NCBI RefSeq assembly: GCF_006345805.1
Contig: NC_043013.1
Location: 29,326,001-29,390,000 of the forward strand
DNA: 64,000 bases
Reading direction: 5' to 3'
Source: Octopus sinensis
Lineage: Eukaryota
Shown: positions 53,267 to 64,000 of the stretch, piece after piece
How the letters are laid out: every line of letters starts with the position of its first letter
How positions within the stretch are numbered: the first letter of the stretch is position 1
Notes under the pieces: model-generated
Databases searched by the model: none
Seen by the model: the letters and a program-made list of their open reading frames with translations, nothing else
Told to the model about the DNA's origin: nothing
Made by a program: the position numbers and the translations under genes

Positions 53267-53783
53267 ATACTATAATCATAAATGATTATATATTGAATTT
53301 TGAGATACTAGAAGGCACCAACTCAACTCAGTATCAGAGCGAGCTAGAATCCGCAACTAGTATCACCGAATTCAATTTGTGAATGAAACGATTGTGTCAC
53401 CAGCCCCTTCCCACCCGCGTGTAGCCAAAGCAAGATGCTGTGGTCATCTACTGAGATAAAATATGGTTATCCGTAATAATGAAGGGTGAAATTAATTAAT
53501 TTGGAATAATTATCAATTACACAAGTAGTCTCGGCATGTAAAAGCCTCATTCGAGAAAATTTAAGTAATACTAAGCAATAAAGGGTTTAGCAACGAATTG
53601 CCTTACCACATACCGAATTTAGAAATAGCAGTCAAAGGGTTATAGCTATTTCTTCTACTAAAAAGGGAGATCTCAGTAAAAACAGCAATTGGAAGGCAGA
53701 CACAAACAGGTAAGAGAGAATGAATTGACTGCAATCTATCATACATTTTTAAGTTATCTACGGACGTACGTTTCGAAATCAAG

Positions 53784-53817
<34 letters not shown>

Positions 53818-53914
53818 CGGGAAGCTTTATGAAAATAAACAAAAGACGAAGGCAGGTGGAAAACAAACGAACAATTGTATTAGTATGGCGCTCAGGAAAT
53901 ATAAATAAAACAAG

Positions 53915-53952
53915 TCTTTAACGTTTCGAGCCTACGCTCTTCAACAGAAAGA
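53915..53952 (-). ncRNA. Variant minimal hammerhead (CUGUUGA), family D, best-preserved copy
   Basis: TCTTT-CTGTTGA-A-GAGC-GTAG-GCTC-GAAA-CG-T-T-AAAGA; stems I and II perfect, palindromic ACGT stem III. Confidence 0.6.
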
Positions 53953-54149
53953 TACACAGAGAGAGACATATATACATACATACTTAAATATATACATACA
54001 TGCATACATACATAAATATATACATACATGCATACATACATAAATATATACATACATACATACATACATACATACATACATACATACATACATACATACA
54101 TACATACATACATACATACGTACGTACATTTATACACATGCAGGAGGTA

Positions 54150-54490
54150 AATAGACACCTTTAATTTGCAAAATCTTTTATTTAATAAGCAAAGCGAACA
54201 ATTGAAATGTAATCGATAGGTAGGACTACAAACATTAGTACTTAATTGAGATTCCCTTCGCAGTTTTTAATTCAGAAGCCCTTTTTGGCATTGAACTGAT
54301 GAGCTTTGTGATTGTCTCTGGTGGAATTTCTGCCCACTTTTCACGCAACAATCGAAACAATTCATCTTTAAATTTAAGTTTCTGTCGAGTTTTTCGTATA
54401 GCTCTATCTAATACGCTCCAAAGATTTTCAATTCGGTTCATGTCAGGAAAGGAAGCTCGGCCATTTTCAGTCAGCCATTGTTGATTCCCT
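54150..54490 (-). mobile_element. Tc1-like transposase 3' fragment
   Basis: FPDMNRIENLWSVLDRAI..EIPPETITKLISSMPKR..AKG..KY. Confidence 0.8.
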
Positions 54491-54514
54491 TTCGTTGTGG
54501 CATACACACACACA

Positions 54515-54621
<107 letters not shown>

Positions 54622-54939
54622 CAGTATTCTGATTAAAAAACGAAGGTCACATACAATTAAATGTTTAATGTATCGTATGATGCAGAATTACATAATTTAA
54701 TCATACAGCTTATCTTTCTACGATTTTGGAGATCGTTAAAGCTGTATCAAAAATCGTTGGGAGAGAACTCTGTTTAATTTTGAAGAAGTAAAGTTTCCAT
54801 AGAGAAGAGTTCAAGCAAAAATTCTCGAAGAGAAAAGGAACGAAAATTAAAAAAGACAATAAAAAGAACGGGTAAAATGTTTGAGGATATCCCCAAAATT
54901 CAAGTGGTTGGAAAGAACTTCAACCAAGAATTATTTCAA

Positions 54940-55320
54940 TGTACGTGGGTGTGTGGTAAGAAGCTTGCTTACCAACCACATGGCTCCGGGTTCAGTCCTA
55001 CGGCGTGGCACCTTGGGCAAGTGCCTTCTACTATAGCCTCGGACTGACCAAAGCCTTGTGAGTGGATCTGGTCGACGGAAACTGAAAGAAGCCTGTCGTA
55101 TATATATATGTATATATATATAGGTATGTGTGCATATGTTTGTGTGTCTGTGTTTGTCCCCCCCGCCAACATCGCTTGACAGACGATGCTGGTGTATTTA
55201 CGTCCCCGTAAACCAGCGGTTCGGCAAAAGAAACCGATAGAATAAGTATTAGGCTTACAAAGAATAAGTACTGGGATCGATTTTCTCGACTAAAGGCGAT
55301 GCTCCAGCATGGCTGCAGTG
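54940..55320 (+). mobile_element. SINE family B, full composite
   Basis: Sequence match. Confidence 0.9.
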
Positions 55321-55549
55321 AAATATATATCCCAAATTAAGGAATTGAATTTTTATTCGTATACACAGCAACCCTAGCTGCTAACCGTTATCTCTAATAT
55401 AACTTTTTTCAGCTTATCGAACTTCGATACGGGAAAAAATTATAACGTTCTACGTCAATAAACCACTATTGTTCTTGATAGTTTTTTATACCTTCTAAGG
55501 ACTGCTTGAAGTTTACTAACTTCCTATTCCTTGATCCTTAGATCTTGCC

Positions 55550-55590
<41 letters not shown>

Positions 55591-55624
55591 ACACACATAA
55601 TACATATATATATATATATATATA

Positions 55625-55659
<35 letters not shown>

Positions 55660-55662
<3 letters not shown>

Positions 55663-55870
55663 TGTGTATGTGTGTGTGTTTTTTTGTCTCCGCCACCGCT
55701 TGACAACCATTGCTGTCATGTTTACGTCCCGGTAACATAGTGGTTCGTCAAAAGGGGAAAATAGAATAAGTAACGAGCTTAAAAATAAGTAAAGTACCAT
55801 GGTCGATCCATTCTACTAAAATTTCTCAGGCGGTGCTCCAGCATGGCCGCAGTCTAATGACTGAAACCAC
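55660..55870 (+). mobile_element. SINE family B tail
   Basis: Sequence match. Confidence 0.7.
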
Positions 55871-56123
55871 TATAGTCTACATGATAAAAAATACTTAGAG
55901 AACTTAGAAAGCATTGACTTCCTTTGGACTCGTAGGACTCACAATGTTACGAGTCGTTCTCAGAACTTCTCTTAATTCTTCCGCTACACGAAAAATCAAT
56001 CACACTGCTGATGCTGATGCTGAAGGAAGATGTGGAGTGTACAAACTTAGAAGAATAAAACTTATATTGATTGATAATGTAGAAAGCTTTTTTCTCTGCA
56101 CTCAGAAAATGTGCGAAGTGTGC

Positions 56124-56156
<33 letters not shown>

Positions 56157-56189
56157 TGTATGTATGTATGTATGTATGTATGTATGTGT

Positions 56190-56940
56190 GTCATTATTCA
56201 GTTTATTTCAAGATTTCTTGCCGATAGAAAAAGAACCGGTTTTTAACCTAGATCCAAGGCTCCTTTTACGGAATTTCAACATCAACAACAGGGTATTTTT
56301 GTTTGTATGTCATTATTCAGTTTATTTCAAGATTTCTTGCCGATAGAGAAAGAATCGGTTTCTCACCTAGATCCAAGGCTCCTTCAACAGAATTTCAATA
56401 TCAACAACAGGGTATCTTTTTTTGGTATATATACAAGTAGGTAAGTATGCGCAGATTTGTATGTTGTATATATGTATACTCCTGCATATAGTTATATATT
56501 TAGACATGCTCTATATATGTAAATCATAAACTTCTGAAAAGTTTTACAGATTTTTACATTTCCAGTGAAGGATTGGATCTGTAATTTTCGAATTAGCTTT
56601 CTCCTTTCTGGTTTTGAGAAGTCTAATTTCTCAAGATTGATATTTAAGCAGCGTGTTACATATCCCAGGGCCCCAATAATTACAGGTATAAACCAGAACT
56701 TGTAATCTGGATAGAGTAACTGTAGATTTCTCAATAGTTCAGCATAAATGTTCTCTTTTCACTGATCTTCAGCTTTATGTTAACATTCGTTGGGCAGCTA
56801 ATTTCCACATCAGTGCACAGTTTCTCTTCCCTGTCCCAAATCATTTTTTCCAGGTCTGTCGTGCTTACATTTTACTGAGGTCTTCACTGGTACATTCCAG
56901 CGGTATTCCTTTTTATTATGAGTGGCTATGGCTTCTACCA
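56190..56940 (-). mobile_element. R4/Dong-like LINE 3' end with duplicated 3' UTR
   Basis: KEYRWNVPVKTSVKCKHDRP..WDREEKLC..EISCP; ORF 56492-56734 RNLQLLYPDYKFWFIPVIIGALG; ~119-bp terminal unit duplicated at 56190 and 56309. Confidence 0.8.
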
Positions 56941-57149
56941 TATTGTGGGTTCTTATGTATTTATGTATGTATGTCTCTTTTATTTTTTAACTATTATAAA
57001 TCTTCCACTGAGAAGTGAGCCGGTTACCAACAAGGATACAAGGCTCCGTCTTTGAGATGTAGTTAACACAGACAAATTCACATTTGGAACTTAAGAAAAG
57101 TCTTGTATATTTTTACTGTTCCACTCACAGATTGGACTTGTAATGCACG

Positions 57150-57345
57150 AATTAGCCGGTCGATTTCTCTTTCTCAAAATCTCAGTTTATCCAGATTTTC
57201 CTTTAAGCATTTATCAACTCTAACTCTAACAAGACCTAGTGCCACAATTATTATTGGTATGAATATGAATTCATAGTCTGGATATAGAGGCTGGAGGTTT
57301 CGAAGCAGTTGTCCATAGATATCCTCTTTCTCTTTGATTTTCAAA
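57150..57345 (-). mobile_element. R4/Dong-like fragment beginning at a (CATA)n tract
   Basis: LKIKEKEDIYGQLLRNLQPLYPDYEFIFIPIIIVALG. Confidence 0.75.
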
Positions 57346-57547
57346 TGTATGTATGTATGTATGTATGTATGTATGTATGTATGTATGTATGTATGTATGT
57401 ACGTATGCATGTATGTTTATATCTTTATGTACCTCCCCCATCGTGGATATATATATATATATATATACATAATTCAATCCATCTACTGACAGCAACTCTA
57501 ATCGCCCGAAAGCACCGATTGGCGATTATAGTCCCTGTCAGTATCTA

Positions 57548-58625
57548 TTAGGTTGGCAACCAAGTTCCCGCCGTTTTGTTTTTTAAATTTTTTTAAGGGT
57601 TTAATAAAAAATAACAACTAATTAATGAATAATGTATTCACCCTTGTTGTTTACAACTTCTTCCCAACGTTCAACAAGATTTTCAATACCTCGTTGGTAG
57701 AAAACACCCAATTTTGACTCGAGAAATTGATCCAACCAAGCTCTCAATTCTGCATCAGTATTGAACGAAACTCCGCGCATAGCATTTGAAAGAGATCGAA
57801 AGAGGTGGAAATCCGTTGGTGCCAAATCAGGAGAGTACGATGGGTGTGACAGCACTTTCCAGTCATGCGTTCCAATGGCTTCCTTGGTCATATTGGTGAT
57901 ATGAGGGCGGGCGTTGTCGTGCAGCAGAAGAACTACATGCTGACGATTAGGTCTTTTCTCATGAATACCGTGTTGAGTCGTTCCATTTGTTGGTTCCGTT
58001 CAAGCAATTCGTAATGGATAATCCCTTCCTAGTCCCACCATACGCACAACATCGTTTTACGCGGATAAAGATCTTGTTTCACGCGCGGTGTCGCTTGTTT
58101 ACCGGGGCTAAGCCATTCCTTACGCTGCTTCATATTGATGTAGTCACCATTTTTCGTCGCCAGTAACGATTCGGTTAAGAAATCGCTGCTTGTGTCCATG
58201 AGATTAGCGGTAACGAGCAAGCAAACCAGCGGAGATTGTGGCTCGTTGATTTTTGTTTTTGTCACTTAAAGCATGCGGAACCCATGTCCCATACTTATGA
58301 ACCTTTCCCATCAAGTGAAGATGCTTCTCTATAGCAGTGTGGGAGCATTTAATTTTCTCTGCCAGTTCCCTTGTCGTTTGACGAGAATTATCGTGCAAAA
58401 GTTGGTTTAATCGCTCTTCATCGAACTCAACTGGACGGCCAGAACGAAGTGGTTATTTGAGGTCAAAATTTCCAGTTTTTTAACTTGGCATATCAATAAT
58501 GAGCGGTTCTTTCAGATATGGCACCCTCTCCATACAGAGCACAAATACCGCGAGCTTAGATCCGCCCTATGCTATATGCTCATAAAATCGTTTCTCCGGA
58601 TATTGTAGCGTATATATTTTCCACT
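57548..58625 (-). mobile_element. mariner (DD34D-type) transposon, degenerate, one TIR
   Basis: TA|TTAGGTTGGCAAC terminus; WVPHAL, KTMLCVWWD and HPSYSPDLAPTDFHLFRSL motifs. Confidence 0.9.
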
Positions 58626-58639
58626 ATATATACAACACC

Positions 58640-59210
58640 GGAACTTGGCACATACGTTCCTCACTGTGTCTCTAGGAGGTTTTTCGTGTACTTCCTTGAC
58701 CTTGGTCTCCAATTCGGCTTTGATGTTCCAAGCAATGTGGTTAGTGTCTTCCTCAACCGCGCTTCATACACTAGTTCATGGAAGAATCGGGTCTTGTGAA
58801 GTCGTTGAAATTCTTCGACAACCACTTTTGGCTCTTTTCAGAAGTATGGCAAGGAGCCGAATCCTGCTGATACATATATGACCTTCTAGTAGCAACCATC
58901 TCCATCCAGGGTTTAACCATAGTCTCCAGCAGCTTTTCATAGCTGTTTCAATCGAACCTTGAGACTCTGTTCAAAAAGTGGGGCGGTATGACGTCACTTT
59001 CACTGAAGACACGCTCAAAGACGATCACAGTTTGAGGAAACTTGGTTTTCATGATGTCCGTGACACGTCTTACAGCCTTTGCAGTATTTCCAGAGAATCG
59101 CGCAACAGTCATGATGTTAGCATTTTGATACCCGGTGGGAATGATCATGACGGAAGTAAACCTTTTCCAGTATTCAAATGGCTTACAATTCTCCATCTCA
59201 GCTAACACAA
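58640..59210 (-). mobile_element. maT/DD37D-like transposase relic
   Basis: KTKFPQTVIVF..DVIPPHF..VKPW..YQQDSAPCHTS..QKWL. Confidence 0.75.
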
Positions 59211-59859
59211 TTGTGTGACGCTCATTTTATTTGTATTATAATTAAATTATGAAATTTTATTTCATGCGCTTAATCTTCCTCGGAAAATAGCCATCCCCGT
59301 TGTTTTGACAGTTTGAATACGTTAATTTCAAAATATGAATAAATCAATGATATTTGCAAACATCTTAAACTGCTAATTATCGCAAAAACGTTTATAGAAT
59401 ATTCAGTTTGAAATGAATTATAATAAATTTCCAGATTATAAAATGTTAATAATTAATTTTTTTTAAGCAAAGAAAACCAGAGACATTATGGGGCTAAAAG
59501 CAATTGTGTTTTCAATAAACTATTTTGTTAAATGACAAACGACACATAATGCTCTTTATTGACCCACCCTGACTGGTCACAAGGTTGGTGTTGTTCTCGG
59601 TCAGCCTTGTACGTTGTTGCTTATATCCAGGCAGTGTCAGAGGATGGAAATTAGGCAAAAGAAGAGGACTGGATAAAGTGTTTACTAAGCTTGTATAATG
59701 CCAGAGAAGGGAGATACATTAGGTAGGCTTCAATGGAGGTGAGCTTAGCTTAGTGTTATAGAGTGTTACATGTCCAGCATTAGCTGGCAGTCCTACCATC
59801 ATACAAGCGCAGGCATTGTTATACGTGCACGGTTATATGTGGCATGGCTGGCATGGCTG

Positions 59860-60039
59860 TGTGGTTAAGACGCTCGCGTTTCAACCACGTATATTCGGGT
59901 TCAGTCTCACTCGCGGTTCCTCGCTTAACAACCACATGGTTCCGGCTTCAGTCTCACTGCGTGGCACCTTGGGCAAGTGTTTTCTACTATAGCATCGGAA
60001 ACGACCATTGCCTTGTGAGTGAATGCTGGGGAGCTCGTC

Positions 60040-60083
<44 letters not shown>

Positions 60084-60093
60084 TATATATATA

Positions 60094-60124
<31 letters not shown>

Positions 60125-60355
60125 TTGATTGTGTATGTGTGTGCGGTGTGCGTCTTTGTGTCTGTGTTTGACACCTCGACTTGGCAACCGGTGTCGGCTT
60201 CTTTACGTCCCCGCATATAGAGTTTTGGTAAAGTAGAATGACTGAATAAGTATCAGACTTAAAAGAAAAAAGTACTGGGGTCGATCTGTTCGATTAAGGC
60301 CCTTCAAGGCGGTGCCCCAGCATGACCACAGTCCAGTGACTGAAATAAGTAAAAG
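59860..60355 (+). mobile_element. SINE family B composite
   Basis: Sequence match. Confidence 0.85.
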
Positions 60356-60692
60356 ATAGAAGATATAAGCATTCCAAACGTGACAATACATTTCTTTTTT
60401 TAAATCTAGGATTAGAATCTTTAAAAGTATTCTTCTTTAAAAAGAAACCCGTGGGTAGTTTATAATTTATTGAGATTCTTGGATTTCTCCAAAGCTTTGT
60501 AGTTGAAGTAGGAGCAAAAGATGAGTGGAAACTGAGAGACGTGTGAGAAATACTGTCTCGTGAGAGAACCGTATAAAGGCATACACAAAAGGCCGTCATG
60601 TTAGATCAATGAAAAATAGCCGAAGAAATGTGTAATAGAAAATATTTTAAGAAGCCTGAATATTGATTTTGGGGATTATTATAAAGTAGGTA

Positions 60693-61140
60693 AAGGCGGT
60701 GAGCTGGTAGAATCGTTTGTACGCCGGGCAAAATGCTTAGCGGCCTTTCATCCGTCTTAACGTTCTGAGTTCAAATTCTGTTGAGGTCGACTTTGCCTTT
60801 CATCCATTCAGGGTCGATAAAATAAGTAGCAGTTGAGCACTGAGGTCGATGTAATCGATATATCTCCTCGTCCGAAATTGCTGACTCTGTGCCAAAATTT
60901 GATACCATTATTATCAGACGGACGAAGACGGCGAGCTGGCAGTATCGTTAGCACGCCGGGCAAAATGAATAGAAGCATTTCCTCCGTCTTTATGTTCTGA
61001 GTTCAAATTCCGTTGAGGTCCACTTTGCCTTTCATCCTTTCGGGGTCGATAAATTAAATACCAGTTGAGCACTGAAGCCGATGTAATCGACTTATCTCCT
61101 CTCCCGAAACTGTTGGCCCTGTGTCAAAATTTGAAACCAT
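60693..61140 (+). mobile_element. Two consecutive SINE family A copies
   Basis: Sequence match, units at ~60693 and ~60930. Confidence 0.85.
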
Positions 61141-61249
61141 TTATTTCAAAATAAGATGTTGTGACCTTCCTTATATTTTTCATTGCGTGACTGTGAAAAT
61201 AGGGTGTGTGAATATTCTGAACAAACAACTGTGAATATTCTTTTCTACT

Positions 61250-61850
61250 CTATGCACAAGGCTTTAAATTTGGGGAGAGGAGGCCAGTTGATTACATCGA
61301 CCATAGTACGCAACTAGTGCTTAATTTATCGACTCCGAAAGGATGAAAGGCAAAGTCTACCTCGGCGGAATTTGAACTGAGAACGTAGCGGCAGACGAAA
61401 TACGGCTAAGCATTTCGCCCCACGTGCTAACGTTTCTTATTTTTTTATTGTCCACAAGGGGCTAAACATAGAGAGGACAAGCAAGGACAGACAAACGGAT
61501 TAAGTCGATTATATCGACCCCAGTGCTTCACTGGTACTTAATCGACCCCGAATGGATGAAAAGCAAAGTCGACCTCGGCGGAATTTGAACTCAGAACGTA
61601 GCGGCAGATGAAATACCTATTTTTTTACTACCCACAAGGGGCTAAACACAGAGGGGACGAACAAGGATAGACAAACGGATTAAGTCGATTACATCGACCC
61701 CAGTGCGTAACTGGTACTTATTTAATCGACCCCGAAAGGATGAAAGGCAAAGTCGACCACGGCGGAATTTGAACTCAGAACGTAACGGCTGACGAAATAC
61801 GGCTACGCATTTCGCCCGGCGTGCTAACATTTCTGCCAGCTCGCCGCCTT
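61250..61850 (-). mobile_element. SINE family A trimer
   Basis: Junctions aaatag|gtatttc (~61615) and aaataa|gaaacgttagcac (~61435) on minus. Confidence 0.9.
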
Positions 61851-61854
61851 TGCA

Positions 61855-62110
61855 ACTGTGAATATTGTGATTACTTTCACTATGGCAAACTCGTGGTTTC
61901 GATCCCTGGACAGTGCAGTGCGCTGTGCTCTTGAGCAAAACACTTCATTTCACGTTGTTCCAATTCACTCAACTGCAAATGAGTAAAGCTGCGACAGACT
62001 GGTGCCCCGTTCAGTGAAAATGTTGTGATCTCTGTCACTTATACGCCATGGAAACCGAGTAACAATCTCTATGAGTTCAAGGGCTCGAGACAGTACTTAC
62101 TTATTAAACG
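61855..62110 (+). mobile_element. Third SINE family (CORE-like ttgagcaaaacactt...ttcactcaactg..aatgagt), decayed
   Basis: B-box-like ggtttcgatccc followed by a CORE-like segment. Confidence 0.45.
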
Positions 62111-62640
62111 ACAACAAAAATGAGCAAGAGAGGAGTATGGTCGAGAAGTTTGCTCTTCAAAAACACGATTCCGGGTTCGAATCTTACTTCACTATACCTT
62201 TGGCAAGTGGCTTCTCTCATAATCTCGTGTTGAACAGAGTCTCATGAGTAGAATTTGACAGACGAAAGATGTTGGCAAGGTGCGCGCGCACACATAGTGA
62301 CAGTATGCGATACTTACGTTAAAAAAATACCGCTCAGTATATGAACAGGAGGTTAATTGATTTTATATTCTAACTATCTGAACTTAACTGAACAGCATGC
62401 ATACCAGTTATTAGTAAAATCTGCGGACTTAGAGTCTTGAGATGCGTTCAGCCGATCCAACCGCATGAAACTGAAGATTGAATAATTTATCCAAAATTTT
62501 TCATGGGAAGCTTGCAGTAAAATCGTTATATATATATATATATATAATATATATATATATAATATATATATATATATTATATATATATATATATATATTT
62601 TATATATACCCCCTATATGGGCTATTTTCTATAGCCAATA

Positions 62641-62780
62641 ACGGTGAACGCTTATCTGCTTAAGCTTACATACATATACATATATATGATTGATTGATTG
62701 ATTGATTGATTGATTCAATCAATCAATCAATCAATCATATATATGTATATGTATGTAAGCTTAAGCAGAAAGCGTTCACC

Positions 62781-62782
<2 letters not shown>
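62641..62782. repeat. Near-perfect spacerless palindrome centred on (GATT)n|(CAAT)n
   Basis: acggtgaacgct..gcttaagcttacatacatatacatatatatgattg... mirrored exactly in reverse complement. Confidence 0.9.
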
Positions 62783-62856
<74 letters not shown>

Positions 62857-62955
62857 GCATGTATGTATATATGTATATATATATATTGTATACATATACT
62901 ATAACACACACGCCACACACACACACACATATATATAACATATATATATTATATG

Positions 62956-62999
<44 letters not shown>

Positions 63000-63074
63000 G
63001 ATTAAGCATATAAGCGTTCTCTGTATATTGGCCGTAGAAAATAGCCTCACATAGGGGTATATATATCCTTCTAC

Positions 63075-63118
<44 letters not shown>

Positions 63119-64000
63119 ATATATATATATATTATATATATATATACAGTCATAACACAGAGACATATATACACATGCATATATGCCCACACACACACAC
63201 ACACATCTATGTATATACGATGCAAATATGTATATTGTGTGCGTATGTGAGCGTAGCTGTCAGTGCGAATCTACGTATATATTTTTCGCCGAAAGATGCT
63301 AGTATCGGTGTGAAAGTCATAGAAAAATTAAAACAAAAAAAAAAAACGTGTTCTTCAAAGAAAATCTCTCTGACATTTGTTTTGCATCGTGTACGACACT
63401 TTGCTGTCACTTACATCGTCTCATATTCAAGAGTACCACTTACCGATCCATAAGAAATCTGCGACCAGCGATACTGCTGTTCAGCGATTGGCATTTCAAA
63501 GAAAATAAATGGACAAAACTTATGTAAAATTACAATAACATAATATACCATTTTTTTATTTACGCATTTTAGGTGATATTGTTACCAATAGAATGAGAAA
63601 AAAATTATATATCTGCGTAAAAATAAGCACTATAGATAAAAAGGAAAGAGGATAGGTAGAAAGCATGTTAGAAAAATAGGTGGCTAGATAGACAGACAGG
63701 TTGATAGATAGGTGGCTTTGACTGTGTATAAACATAATAAATACTAATTGAATACAGAACTAAATGTAGTGACTTGAAATATTTAAAAAGATTCTTACAG
63801 TGAATTCGAAGATAACAAAAGCTGAGAGTCAGTCAAATACACAAACACACACACACACACGCACACATATATCTACCCCCCCCCCCACACACACACACAT
63901 AAATATATATATATATATGGAAAAGAAAATTCAAGGTAAAAAATGCTAAAGTAATTTTATAAAAACATTTCAGTACCGGTTTCGGTCATTGAGACTTTTT

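Larger units (their letters stand above)
50481..53785 (-). mobile_element. Tandem array of ~597-bp non-coding monomers with hammerheads (retrozyme/PLE-pLTR-like), 5.5 copies
   Basis: Units start at 50481, 51079, 51675, 52275, 52868 and 53467; nearly identical; flanked by (TA)n; no ORF-track entry between 50481 and 53602. Confidence 0.9.

Noticed and set aside
50481-53785. CRISPR array, rDNA/5S/snRNA cluster or coding VNTR interpretation
   Set aside because: No spacer-repeat alternation, no recognisable rRNA/snRNA/tRNA motifs and no ORF; whole units are near-identical

Overview
AT-rich, microsatellite-saturated eukaryotic non-coding DNA. The SINE families look like those of octopus/cephalopod genomes (inference from recalled repeat families, not a database match). 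I find no intact protein-coding gene. Most ORF-track entries are translations of microsatellites or transposon relics. The window is a mosaic of three tRNA-like SINE families and of LINE relics (R4/Dong-like RLE, RTE, CR1/L2-like). It also holds at least five Penelope-like element (PLE) relics with RT-thumb/GIY-YIG motifs and several DNA transposons: maT/DD37D, mariner, Tc1, hAT-Charlie, Merlin-like, Chapaev3-like, a non-autonomous Helitron and MITEs. The standout is a 3.3-kb head-to-tail array (50481-53785) of a ~597-bp non-coding monomer sitting between two (TA)n tracts. Its units carry a type I hammerhead ribozyme (HHR) on the minus strand, with CUGAAGA/GAAA core, GUC cleavage triplet, palindromic stem III and a long stem II insertion. 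The core is canonical in units 1, 2, 3 and 5, unit 4 lacks one core A, and the partial sixth unit holds only the 3' half. This is the architecture of a retrozyme or PLE-derived circular-RNA retroelement, with a hint of dimeric higher-order periodicity and an older inverted relative immediately adjacent. At least ten other intact or variant HHR motifs, and many local fold-back duplications, occur across the window. All structures were read by eye; no folding, alignment or search was run.
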